Shown here piece after piece: positions 23,804 to 31,632 of a stretch of DNA of 44,515 bases. The DNA comes from a virus, in IMG/VR virus record IMGVR_UViG_3300013947_000010; one strand, written 5' to 3'. Each line of letters opens with the position of its first letter. Positions within the stretch are counted from its first letter, which is position 1. Position numbers and translations under genes: made by a program. Under the pieces are notes generated by a model. That model made no database searches. It was not told the DNA's origin and saw only the letters and a list, made by a program, of their open reading frames with translations.

Positions 23804-24633
23804 TCCTCGTCACCTCCCAAAAGCTCGTCAAGCCATTTCGACCGTGACTTTCCGTTTCGGACAAGCCTTTCCGTAGCCCATTTGACTTGGTTTTCGGAAA
23901 TCTCACTCCCGTAGCAGTCATACCCAAGCTCTTGACAGGCAACCGCCGTAGTGCCGCTTCCCATAAACGGGTCATATACCGTTACGGTGTCACCGACCGC
24001 ATAAAGGGCGAGGAGCTTCTTGCAGAGGTCTGTAGAGAATGTAGCCTTGTTGAAAGGACAGGTTTCATCGTTGTTCTTGGCTTCGATGAAATTGGATATG
24101 TTCTCATAGGCTTTTTGCCCCGTTTTGCGGAGACTGGTTACTCGCTTGTTGCAACGAAATGTCTTGAGTTCACCCTTGCGGCAAAAGACGAATACAAACT
24201 CCCATATCCGTGTGAGCCTATTCGGGGAACAGGAATTGGGGAGAGCATTTGACTTCTTCCACACAATCACATCGGCTATCGTAAAATCGGTATGCGTTAC
24301 TACGGCGGTCACGGCTTGGAACATTCCTGCCGTATTTTCAGCACCGTAGCAAATGTTGTAGAGGACACTCCCGTTACTGGCCAGCACTCGGTCAAATCCC
24401 TTGAAAAGCTCTACTGTGAAATCGCAGTATTCCTTATCGGTCATATTGTCTACATGGGTGTCATACCGCACATAGTCATATTGCCCGTCAGCTACGCTCG
24501 TATTTTCAAGGGTTCTCGCCTTACCGGCTTTCTTGTTCGTGTTGTAGAACGGAGAGGTCAATACCACATCGATTGACTTCGGCGGTAGATTTTGCATGGT
24601 ATCAAGACAGCTTTCGTTGCGAATATCAATCAA
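23800..24633 (-). CDS. DNA methyltransferase (beta-class N6-adenine or N4-cytosine)
   Basis: Motif IV variant TSPFYN lies near the N-terminus and motif I DPFMGSGTT near the C-terminus. This permuted order is typical of the beta class. Confidence 0.85.
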   Translation of the reverse strand: MIDIRNESCLDTMQNLPPKSIDVVLTSPFYNTNKKAGKARTLENTSVADGQYDYVRYDTHVDNMTDKEYCDFTVELFKGFDRVLASNGSVLYNICYGAENTAGMFQAVTAVVTHTDFTIADVIVWKKSNALPNSCSPNRLTRIWEFVFVFCRKGELKTFRCNKRVTSLRKTGQKAYENISNFIEAKNNDETCPFNKATFSTDLCKKLLALYAVGDTVTVYDPFMGSGTTAVACQELGYDCYGSEISENQVKWATERLVRNGKSRSKWLDELLGGDEE

Positions 24634-24634
24634 T

Positions 24635-26038
24635 TTAACCCTCTCCTTTCTCGATGAAATAAGCCCCTGCCTTTTTATAGTGCCTGCACCTCTGCTTGTA
24701 CGCCCTCATGAGATAACCAATGCTATCCACGAAGTCATACACAATGGGTTCACCCTTACCCTCAAAGGTTCTTGCGATACGCCCGATGGACTGCACCACT
24801 ACGGCGTAATCCTTAACAGGGGTTGTCATAAAGAGCCTGTCGAGTCTTGGTATATCCAACCCCTCTTTGCAGAGAGAATAGGTGGCAAATAGGTACTTTT
24901 TGCGTCCTGTCCGCATATCCTCAATAGCTTGCTCCCGTTCGGCTTTGCCTTTTTTAGAGGTCATTTTGCCGCTCACCATAACTGCGTCCGCTCTCATTTT
25001 GGCGGGGAGACAATTCATGAGGTTCTCAAGGTGTTCCAACCTGTCGGAGAGGATAAGACAGGAATGTTCACTCTCCGAGACAATCCATGACGCTACGAAG
25101 TGCAAGCGGTCTTGGCTGTTGCACAGGTAACTAATGAGCTTTTGGTAGTTCAATGTGCCGTCCGTGTTCATGCACTCACGGCTCATTCCGACTCCTGTAC
25201 CAACGGGGTAAATGCCGACTTTCATGATTTTGTCTCCTACGGCTATCTCCGGCACGGTGAATATGATTTCACCGAGTAGAGCATAGGTGGCGGCAATCAT
25301 ACCATCAGACCGATGTACGGTAGCAGAAAGACCTATCTTGTGCCGTGCGGAGAGAGCATTGAGGACTTTATAGAACTGTGTCATTGCGGTCGGTGTTCCC
25401 GTGCAACGGTGGCACTCGTCCACAATCACAATGTCCCACAGGTCTTTATAGCGGCTCATATCGAGCTTGCACATGGTCTGAATGGTGGCAAATGTGATAC
25501 CCTCTCCAATGTTGACCTTGCCCTCGGTAATCGTTCCGATAAGGCTATTGTCGAGGTACATTTCCGCTCGACTCTTACTCTGGTTGAGCAAGTCCAATGT
25601 GTGAGTAAGCCACAACGCCCGTCTGCCGAACTTTTTTACAAGGGCAATACCCATTTGCGTCTTACCGCTTCCTGCGGGGCTTTGGAGTATGCCGTATTTG
25701 CCCTTATAAACGCTTTCTACGGCTTCTTTTTGGTAGGGGTATAACGGAACATCTTTCCCCTTATAATCGACTGGTGACGCTCTGGTGAAGCCCGGTAGGT
25801 ATTCCGTGTTGCTTGGTGCAAATTCGGGAAATCTCCGTAGTGTTCCGAACGGCAAAACCAACGCTTCACCGTGCTTCTCGTACAAGCTCAAGGTCTTCGG
25901 CGTATTTCCAAGCCATAGGTGCATACGGAGCTTTTTTGCGTATTCTGGGTTTGCAATCGTAAGATTACGCTTGCACCATACTAATGCGTCCTGCGTGGGG
26001 TTCTCGATGGTAAGGACATTTGACACGGTTACTTTCAT
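24635..26038 (-). CDS. Superfamily-2 DEAD/DEAH-box helicase
   Basis: Walker A (QSPAGSGKTQ) and DExH (IVDECH) motifs. The best start is ATG at 26038, which overlaps the upstream stop codon (ATGA). Confidence 0.85.
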   Translation of the reverse strand: MKVTVSNVLTIENPTQDALVWCKRNLTIANPEYAKKLRMHLWLGNTPKTLSLYEKHGEALVLPFGTLRRFPEFAPSNTEYLPGFTRASPVDYKGKDVPLYPYQKEAVESVYKGKYGILQSPAGSGKTQMGIALVKKFGRRALWLTHTLDLLNQSKSRAEMYLDNSLIGTITEGKVNIGEGITFATIQTMCKLDMSRYKDLWDIVIVDECHRCTGTPTAMTQFYKVLNALSARHKIGLSATVHRSDGMIAATYALLGEIIFTVPEIAVGDKIMKVGIYPVGTGVGMSRECMNTDGTLNYQKLISYLCNSQDRLHFVASWIVSESEHSCLILSDRLEHLENLMNCLPAKMRADAVMVSGKMTSKKGKAEREQAIEDMRTGRKKYLFATYSLCKEGLDIPRLDRLFMTTPVKDYAVVVQSIGRIARTFEGKGEPIVYDFVDSIGYLMRAYKQRCRHYKKAGAYFIEKGEG

Positions 26039-26436
26039 GTTGCAACACCCCGACCCAGCCACTCCTCAAGAGGTTCGGCGTAATCAATGAACCACGCTTC
26101 GGAAAGACGCACTTTATCGGCAAGGTCAAACTGCCAAATCGCCGCCATGTAAATATTCTCGCCAAACTTTACTGCGAACCACCCCGCACCGTTTCCACAA
26201 TCGTCCCACAGCTTCATCGCCATTCGCTGATTGTCCTCAACGCGGGACAGGCTGAACACTTTGCCGGAGCATACCTTACAGTCAATGAGAAACGCCACGC
26301 CGTTTCTCACCGCAATAATATCTGCGGGTTGTCCGCTTTGATTTTGAGCGAGATTATGAACCCAAAACCCCTTTTGGAACAGGAGGTCACAGAACTTGGA
26401 CTCAAAGCTGTTTCCGAGAGATTTATTAGTGTCCAT
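26035..26436 (-). CDS. Holliday-junction-resolvase-like PD-(D/E)xK nuclease (Hjc/RecU-like)
   Basis: The best start is ATG at 26436 (MDTNKSLGNSFE) with GGAGGAA upstream. The motif is PADIIAV...FLIDCK. Confidence 0.55.
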   Translation of the reverse strand: MDTNKSLGNSFESKFCDLLFQKGFWVHNLAQNQSGQPADIIAVRNGVAFLIDCKVCSGKVFSLSRVEDNQRMAMKLWDDCGNGAGWFAVKFGENIYMAAIWQFDLADKVRLSEAWFIDYAEPLEEWLGRGVAT

Positions 26437-26686
26437 ATTCTTCCTCCAATGCGTTGTACTCGTCACGGAGAATTTCAAGCTCATTCTCAAGCTCGGACAC
26501 TCTTTCTTTGAGTGCTTCTACGGTTTCTTCGTCCGTATTTTCCTCATAGGCGGCGAGTTCTTCCAAAAGGCGGTGAATGTATCGCCGAGCTTCCCACCCC
26601 ATGTACTTATCTACAAGTTCTTCAAAGTCATACGGGGTAAAAATTGTTGTGACTTTCTTATCAATCAGCAACAGAACTTCCGGCAT
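26426..26686 (-). CDS. Hypothetical coiled-coil acidic protein
   Basis: 86-aa ORF with GGAGG 9 nt upstream. Confidence 0.5.
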   Translation of the reverse strand: MPEVLLLIDKKVTTIFTPYDFEELVDKYMGWEARRYIHRLLEELAAYEENTDEETVEALKERVSELENELEILRDEYNALEEEYGH

Positions 26687-27323
26687 TTTTCAGCACCTCC
26701 TCGTACTCTTGCATGAGAGCAAGGATTTTGTCGGTGTAGGCGGTAGAGGTAATCCCGCTCTCCCTTGCTTTTGCCGCTCCGTAATCTCCCATGTTGTAAG
26801 CCATCAGAGCCTTAGTGTAATCACCGTCATACGCTCTGAGATAACTGCCGATAATTTTTACGCCACAGAAGATGTTCTGATAAGGGTTAAGCATATCGGC
26901 GGCTCTGTATTTTTCTGCAAGCTGTGTATGATTGACGGCGTTAATCTGTAAAAGCCCGTAGTCATTGGTCTTGCTGACAATTTCGGGATTGAATTGACTT
27001 TCATGCTCGACCATTGCCATAATCAGCGTTACGGGAACTTCTTCATCAGCGCATATCTCATAGACATACCGTTGGAGACTGTGAGAAAGCGGCACATCGA
27101 AGTACACCACTTCGGACATTTCGGGGAGATTGTCTGCTTCGTAAACAGGAACTTCCACCGTCTCGGTGAGCGTTTCTGTTTTAGTGACGGTCTTTGCCTG
27201 TGACTTTCCAACGAGGAAACCAATCAACCCGCCGCCGAGGAACAGCATAAGCAGAACCACCCACGCTTCGGCTCTCACGATTTTGTATCTGTTGATTTTT
27301 CTTTTTCTACACTCAGTAGCCAT
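26661..27323 (-). CDS. Membrane-anchored lytic transglycosylase (SLT domain)
   Basis: N-terminal transmembrane segment (WVVLLMLFLGGGLIGFLVG) and SLT motifs VEHESQF, DYGLLQIN and AYNMG. GAGGAGGAA lies upstream. Confidence 0.8.
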   Translation of the reverse strand: MATECRKRKINRYKIVRAEAWVVLLMLFLGGGLIGFLVGKSQAKTVTKTETLTETVEVPVYEADNLPEMSEVVYFDVPLSHSLQRYVYEICADEEVPVTLIMAMVEHESQFNPEIVSKTNDYGLLQINAVNHTQLAEKYRAADMLNPYQNIFCGVKIIGSYLRAYDGDYTKALMAYNMGDYGAAKARESGITSTAYTDKILALMQEYEEVLKNAGSSVAD

Positions 27324-27430
27324 CTCTGAAATTCCTCCTCATTTTTGGGGTCTTGGTAAAAGGCTTCCAAGATACCCACTAAAGGTCTTGCGAGGTCTGT
27401 TACTTGTTCATCAGTCAGAATGGGACTCAT
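27275..27430 (-). CDS. Hypothetical small protein (51 aa)
   Basis: ATG at 27430 (MSPILTDEQV). There is no clear ribosome-binding site, and the ORF overlaps both neighbours. Confidence 0.3.
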   Translation of the reverse strand: MSPILTDEQVTDLARPLVGILEAFYQDPKNEEEFQRWLLSVEKEKSTDTKS

Positions 27431-27608
27431 GTTCGGCAACAATCTTTTCGCACTCCTCAAGCACCTTTTTAGCTTTGGGGTAGGTGTTAATCCCTCTCAA
27501 AATGCTCGACATTTCAGGGGGCTGAACTACGATACCTCGCACTCGCAGTTCCAAAATCATATCCACCTGTTTCAGACCGAGCTTTTCCATTCTTTCGAGA
27601 ACATTCAT
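27411..27608 (-). CDS. Cro-like small regulator, first gene of the early operon
   Basis: The best start is ATG at 27608 (MNVLERMEKLGLKQVDM) with AAGGAGGAA upstream. The product is 65 aa and the gene is divergent from the repressor gene. The ORF-track start at 27752 has no ribosome-binding site. Confidence 0.55.
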   Translation of the reverse strand: MNVLERMEKLGLKQVDMILELRVRGIVVQPPEMSSILRGINTYPKAKKVLEECEKIVAEHESHSD

Positions 27609-27651
27609 TAGAATTTCCTCCTTTCTGAAATTCTGTTTTCCAGAAATCATC

Positions 27652-27680
27652 TTGACAAAAGGCAGAATTGATGTTATTAT
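27652..27680 (+). promoter_or_regulatory. Plus-strand promoter reading toward the repressor gene
   Basis: TTGACA (27652..27657), a 17-nt spacer, then TATTAT (27675..27680). Confidence 0.55.
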
Positions 27681-27778
27681 TCTTATTGGACTTCTTAATA
27701 ACAACGCCCTGTCAAAACGCCAATTTTGAGAGGGTCGGCTTCTTACTGCCAAATCCGTTTTTCAGATTTCTTGGTCTT

Positions 27779-27807
27779 ATTATAATTCTGATTGGCAGAG
27801 TTGTCAA
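27779..27807 (-). promoter_or_regulatory. Minus-strand consensus promoter reading toward the cro-like gene
   Basis: The minus strand reads TTGACA (27807..27802), a 17-nt spacer, then TATAAT (27784..27779). Confidence 0.6.
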
Positions 27808-27822
27808 GAGGTAAATTCTAAA

Positions 27823-27842
27823 TTTCAGAAATTTTTCTGAAA
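27823..27842. promoter_or_regulatory. Perfect dyad TTTCAGAAA-TT-TTTCTGAAA (candidate operator)
   Basis: A 9-bp perfect inverted repeat abuts the repressor ribosome-binding site. Related copies are TTTCTGAAA at 27622..27630, TTTCCAGAAA at 27637..27646 and TTTCAGA at 27759..27765. Confidence 0.5.
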
Positions 27843-27857
27843 AGGAGGGTATCGACC

Positions 27858-28217
27858 ATGACATTCGAGGAGAATTTGAAGCGTATCTGCAAAGATAGAG
27901 GGACTACTCCGACTGCCATAATGAAGAAATGGGGACTATCCACATCTAAAGTGTCCGCATGGTACAAAGGCTCTTTGCCAAAACAAGAGGTACTTATTCG
28001 CCTTGCCGAAGAATTAAATTGTTCGGTTATGGACTTCTTTGCAGACGAGGAGGACTTGATTGAAAAAGAAATCGTCCCCAACAATGAGGACGAAAAGGAC
28101 ATATTGCGTATCTATCGTTCTCTGCCCCGTAGAGCAAAGCATGAGTTCATGGCAATGGTATATGAATATGAAAACCGCAGAGAATTAGAGGGGGATAATA
28201 CAAGTGCTACGGGTTGA
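27858..28217 (+). CDS. XRE-family (CI-like) repressor
   Basis: 119-aa ORF with an N-terminal HTH (TPTAIMKKWGLSTSKVSAWYKG). AAAGGAGGG lies upstream, and the gene is divergent from the early operon. No S24 peptidase domain is present. Confidence 0.8.
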   Translation: MTFEENLKRICKDRGTTPTAIMKKWGLSTSKVSAWYKGSLPKQEVLIRLAEELNCSVMDFFADEEDLIEKEIVPNNEDEKDILRIYRSLPRRAKHEFMAMVYEYENRRELEGDNTSATG

Positions 28218-28271
28218 GAAGATAATCCCCATAGAACTTCTCAAGCGCAAGCGTATATTGGAGGTGATACT

Positions 28272-29822
28272 ACGAAAGCGGTAATATACGCTCGGTATTC
28301 GAGCCACAGTCAGCGTGAGGAGTCCATAGAGGGACAGCTTCGTGAGTGTCACGACTTCGCCCTCAAAAACGGCTTCACCATCATCAACGAATACATTGAC
28401 CGAGCTTTATCGGGGAAAACAGACAATCGCCCCAGTTTCCAACGACTCATTAAGGACAGCGAAAAACAGCAGTTTGAAGCGGTGATAATGTATACCCTTG
28501 ACCGTTTCGCTCGTAATCGCTATGACTCTGCTATCTACAAAGCAAAGCTCAAAAAGAACGGTGTCCGTATCTTTTACGCCAAGCAACCCATGCCGGATAC
28601 GCCGGAGGGCATTATCCTTGAGTCTGTCCTTGAGGGATATGCGGAATACTACTCCGAAAACCTTTCCCGTAATATCAAGCGTGGTATTCGAGAAAACGCT
28701 TTGAACTGCGTTGCCACAGGCGGGGCAAATCTGCTTCTTGGCTATACTGTTGGGGAAGATAAGAAATATGCCATCGACCCCACGGGTGCAAAGGTCGTTC
28801 AAGAGATTTTCCAAATGTACGCTGACGGCTACTCTGCAACGCAAATCGTCAATTACTGTAATGCACAGGGTTATAAGACGGCACGGGGAAATGCTTTCAA
28901 CAAAAACAGTCTGCGGACAATCCTCAGAAACGATAAATATATCGGCATATACCGCATGATGGATATTGTCGTTCCGGGCGGTATGCCGTCCATAATAGAT
29001 AAAAAGCTGTTCGACAAGGTACAATCCATGCTCAAACACAATGCGTCCGCACGAGCAAGGACAAAGGCGAAAGAAGATTATCTCCTCACGGCAAAGCTCT
29101 TTTGCGGGCATTGCGGCTCACCGATGGTTGGTGAAAGCGGTACTTCCAAAACAGGACAGGTTTATTACTACTACAAGTGCGGGAAAGCCAAGCGAGAACA
29201 CGCCTGTAAAAAGAAAGCGGAAAAGAAAGATTGGATTGAGGAGCTTGTCGTTCGCTTCACGGTTGAAAAGGTGCTGACCGATGAAAACATCAAGAGCATT
29301 GCAAAAAGGGCTATGGAGCTTATCGAAAAAGAGTCAGCCGATACCGCCTACTTGGAGGGGCTACGAGCTGACCTTAAAGAGACACAGAGAAAGATAAAAA
29401 ACCTTGTCTCTGCCATTGAGCAAGGCATTGTGTCTGCTACTACGAAAGAGCGTCTTGACGAGCTGGAACGAGATAAGACCACCATCGAGGGGCAAATCGC
29501 CCGTGAAGAAATGAAAAAGCCGCTCTTGTCTGAGGAGCGCATACGATACTGGCTCACTTCATTCAAGAACGGCGATAGAAAAGACAAAGCGTACCAACGA
29601 AAAATCATTGATACGCTTGTCAATTCCGTATATGTTTACGATGAAGACGATGGGGGCAAACGGATTGTGCTTACATTCAATCTGTCGGGCAATAACACCC
29701 TTATCCTAAAGAGTTCGGATATTGGGTGTTATGCTCCACCATATCGTGCAAATCCGAACACCGTATTTTTCGTGAAACATACATTCGGGTTTGTGCTTAC
29801 ATTGAAGAACGCTGACTTTTAG
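28272..29822 (+). CDS. int: Large serine recombinase (integrase); the start codon is non-canonical or unresolved
   Basis: Contains a resolvase-type N-terminus (KAVIYARYSSHSQREESIEGQ), a recombinase domain, a zinc ribbon (CGHCGSPM...YYKCGK) and a coiled coil. The catalytic Ser codons at 28299..28304 lie upstream of the first canonical start (GTG 28482). GGAGG at 28260..28264 lies 7 nt upstream of ACG 28272. Confidence 0.8.
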   Translation, partial: TKAVIYARYSSHSQREESIEGQLRECHDFALKNGFTIINEYIDRALSGKTDNRPSFQRLIKDSEKQQFEAVIMYTLDRFARNRYDSAIYKAKLKKNGVRIFYAKQPMPDTPEGIILESVLEGYAEYYSENLSRNIKRGIRENALNCVATGGANLLLGYTVGEDKKYAIDPTGAKVVQEIFQMYADGYSATQIVNYCNAQGYKTARGNAFNKNSLRTILRNDKYIGIYRMMDIVVPGGMPSIIDKKLFDKVQSMLKHNASARARTKAKEDYLLTAKLFCGHCGSPMVGESGTSKTGQVYYYYKCGKAKREHACKKKAEKKDWIEELVVRFTVEKVLTDENIKSIAKRAMELIEKESADTAYLEGLRADLKETQRKIKNLVSAIEQGIVSATTKERLDELERDKTTIEGQIAREEMKKPLLSEERIRYWLTSFKNGDRKDKAYQRKIIDTLVNSVYVYDEDDGGKRIVLTFNLSGNNTLILKSSDIGCYAPPYRANPNTVFFVKHTFGFVLTLKNADF

Positions 29823-30085
29823 TTGGCGTTCTTCTTTTTCGGCATTTCATAGGTCATAGCCTGCTTGGAGTCGCTTACACCCTCGGTGGTCGGGTCGGTC
29901 ACAATGCCGAGAATGGCGAGAACCGCAAAGACGGCGTTGACAACCGCAAGCAGTTTGTCACCCATATCACCGAGGTCAATGGTGAAACCAAAGACAGCGG
30001 CTACCACCTGTACCAACAGGAGAACGGCGGGAATAAGAGCCAGCCAAAAATTCTTGTTGCGAATACGAACTTTCCAGTTAATCAT
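29819..30085 (-). CDS. Holin (phage_holin_4_1 / LL-H-like)
   Basis: 88-aa ORF (MINWKVRIRNKNFWLALIPAVLLLVQVV) with two or three hydrophobic helices. TAGGAGGAA lies upstream. It overlaps the convergent integrase gene end by 4 nt. Confidence 0.7.
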   Translation of the reverse strand: MINWKVRIRNKNFWLALIPAVLLLVQVVAAVFGFTIDLGDMGDKLLAVVNAVFAVLAILGIVTDPTTEGVSDSKQAMTYEMPKKKNAN

Positions 30086-30115
30086 GATAATTTCCTCCTA
30101 AAATTTTGATTGTTG

Positions 30116-30223
30116 AAGTAGTAAAAGTAGTTCAATTTCGGTTTTTGCGTAAACTTTCGCCAGTATGCGCGTATCTGGGAGAAGTTTACCGGAAAAACTG
30201 ATTTTCCACTACTTTTACTACTT
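30116..30223. repeat. 108-bp near-palindromic element, copy 3 (PAL-3)
   Basis: It has the same 16-bp arms. The central hairpin is CCAGTA-TGCGCG-TATCTGG. It lies between the endolysin stop codon (3 nt away) and the holin start codon (30 nt away). Confidence 0.9.
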
Positions 30224-30226
30224 GGG

Positions 30227-31216
30227 TTAAAACAGTTTGTTGACCTCGGCTTGCACTTCGGAGGGGTCATACCCTGCCTGTTTCAGCCGATTTGCACGGG
30301 TTGCGCCATTGCCCCAAGTAGACCATCGGGAGTCAGAGCAAGTACCACGGTAAATTTCTTTGGCGATTTCAGCCGCCGTTTTCTTAGTAGTACCACTCTG
30401 AACGGGTGTGCCGGAATTGGTGGTAATAAATGCGTCATATCCGGCGGCTTTGAGCTTTGCCATCATGTTATCCGCATTTGCTTTCTGTGCGAAAGCTCCC
30501 ACCTGTACCTTGTAGAGAGTGCCGACCTGTACTATGTAGGTAGCAAACCCCGCCGCCTTGAGCTTCGCCGCCCAAGCGTCAGCATTGGACTTCTTCGCAA
30601 AAGCCCCTGTCTGCACCCTGTACAGCGTTTTTGTGTCGGGGGGTACATCTACCTTACCTGTGTCGGTAGAGCCGTCTGTGAGCCGTTCTGTGACCGCCGT
30701 AGCGAGGTTTCCGAGACGATTGTAGAGCCAATCGCCGGGGCAACTCTTGTTGGCAAACCACCTATGAACGGCCAGCACCATTTCATCGGACTTGGGGGAA
30801 TAATTGAGGGTCTTGTCTTTGTCTCCGAGCCACAAGAGCTTACTCTTGCCGTTGCGCTTGCAAATGTCCACACAAAGCTCTACGAGCTTGTCATAGACAA
30901 CATCTTTGAACGCATAGGGGTGAGTGTTGTCGCTTGCACACTCGATTGTGATTGCCCTCTGGTCGTTCGCATTGGACGAGGAACACCAAGAGCGGTTCTT
31001 CTCCTCCACATACATACCGACCCTGCCATCTGCGCCGATACCGTACTGGCAAGAAGCCTGTCGGGAGGTCGGGGCGAAGATATTACCGAGGGTTTCCACA
31101 GAGCATTGACCGACAACGCAATGGGGTGTAATGCGGTCAATCGCATGGGTGCGCTGGCCGGAGTGGTTCGGGCTGAGTTTGGTGTAGGACACCAAAGGGC
31201 TGTTTGTGTAACTCAT
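30227..31216 (-). CDS. Endolysin: N-acetylmuramoyl-L-alanine amidase with two SPOR repeats
   Basis: Amidase_2-type N-terminus (ITPHCVVGQ...ITIECAS...HRWFANKSCPG) followed by two repeats: YRVQTGAFAKKSNADAWAAKLKAAGF and YKVQVGAFAQKANADNMMAKLKAAGY. Confidence 0.85.
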   Translation of the reverse strand: MSYTNSPLVSYTKLSPNHSGQRTHAIDRITPHCVVGQCSVETLGNIFAPTSRQASCQYGIGADGRVGMYVEEKNRSWCSSSNANDQRAITIECASDNTHPYAFKDVVYDKLVELCVDICKRNGKSKLLWLGDKDKTLNYSPKSDEMVLAVHRWFANKSCPGDWLYNRLGNLATAVTERLTDGSTDTGKVDVPPDTKTLYRVQTGAFAKKSNADAWAAKLKAAGFATYIVQVGTLYKVQVGAFAQKANADNMMAKLKAAGYDAFITTNSGTPVQSGTTKKTAAEIAKEIYRGTCSDSRWSTWGNGATRANRLKQAGYDPSEVQAEVNKLF

Positions 31217-31284
31217 TCTTCATCGTCTCCTTTGCCGTTGCTGAGTTCTTCGAGCATTTCTTCTGTTACATCATTTTCGGACAT
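31213..31284 (-). CDS. Possible 23-aa acidic coupling ORF upstream of the endolysin gene
   Basis: AAGGAGGAG lies 7 nt upstream of the ATG at 31284. The product is MSENDVTEEMLEELSNGKGDDEE, and its stop codon overlaps the endolysin ATG (ATGA). It is very short, so the call is weak. Confidence 0.2.
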   Translation of the reverse strand: MSENDVTEEMLEELSNGKGDDEE

Positions 31285-31609
31285 GGGTTTTCTCCTCCTT
31301 TTCTCTCAGAGGTAAATGCTCTACCTCTTTCATGACTTTCTCAGCCGTACCGTTGCCGCCGAGCTTCTTGTACGGAATGAAAAGGTAATCGTGGAGATTT
31401 TCGTAATCGTCCTTGGTGATATATCCCTGTTGGAGATAACATTCACCGAGGTAACAAATACGGTCATGCCCAAGCCCTTTCAACATCTGTGCTTCTGCGC
31501 TATCCTTAGTGTCTTTCTTCTGAATGAGGAAAGTAAGGAACGCCCAAAAGCCCGTACTCGCAAACACCGAGCCAACGATACTAACTATTAGCGTGGTTTC
31601 TGAAATCAT
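31271..31609 (-). CDS. Single-pass membrane protein of the lysis region
   Basis: The best start is ATG at 31609 (MISETTLIVSIVGSVFASTGFWAFLTFLIQ) with AAGGAGGG upstream. It has an N-terminal transmembrane helix. Confidence 0.55.
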   Translation of the reverse strand: MISETTLIVSIVGSVFASTGFWAFLTFLIQKKDTKDSAEAQMLKGLGHDRICYLGECYLQQGYITKDDYENLHDYLFIPYKKLGGNGTAEKVMKEVEHLPLREKEEKTHVRK

Positions 31610-31632
31610 TGGTTTGCCCTCCTTTGCTTGAG

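Noticed and set aside
27411-27752. The extended 113-aa version of the cro-like ORF starting at 27752.
   Set aside because: The upstream extension has no ribosome-binding site and runs through the promoter/operator region. The internal ATG at 27608 has a strong AAGGAGGAA site and gives a 65-aa product.
28215-28217. Genome-wide stop-codon reassignment (TGA or TAG recoding) as an explanation for the in-frame TGA between the repressor and the integrase.
   Set aside because: All other genes, including the 1466-aa tape measure and the 831-aa polymerase, are intact under the standard code and end at sensible positions. There is therefore no sign of a recoded genome. Only local read-through remains as a minor possibility.
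28407-29111. 234-aa minus-strand ORF opposite the integrase gene.
   Set aside because: It is antisense to a gene with unmistakable serine-recombinase motifs and has no ribosome-binding site.
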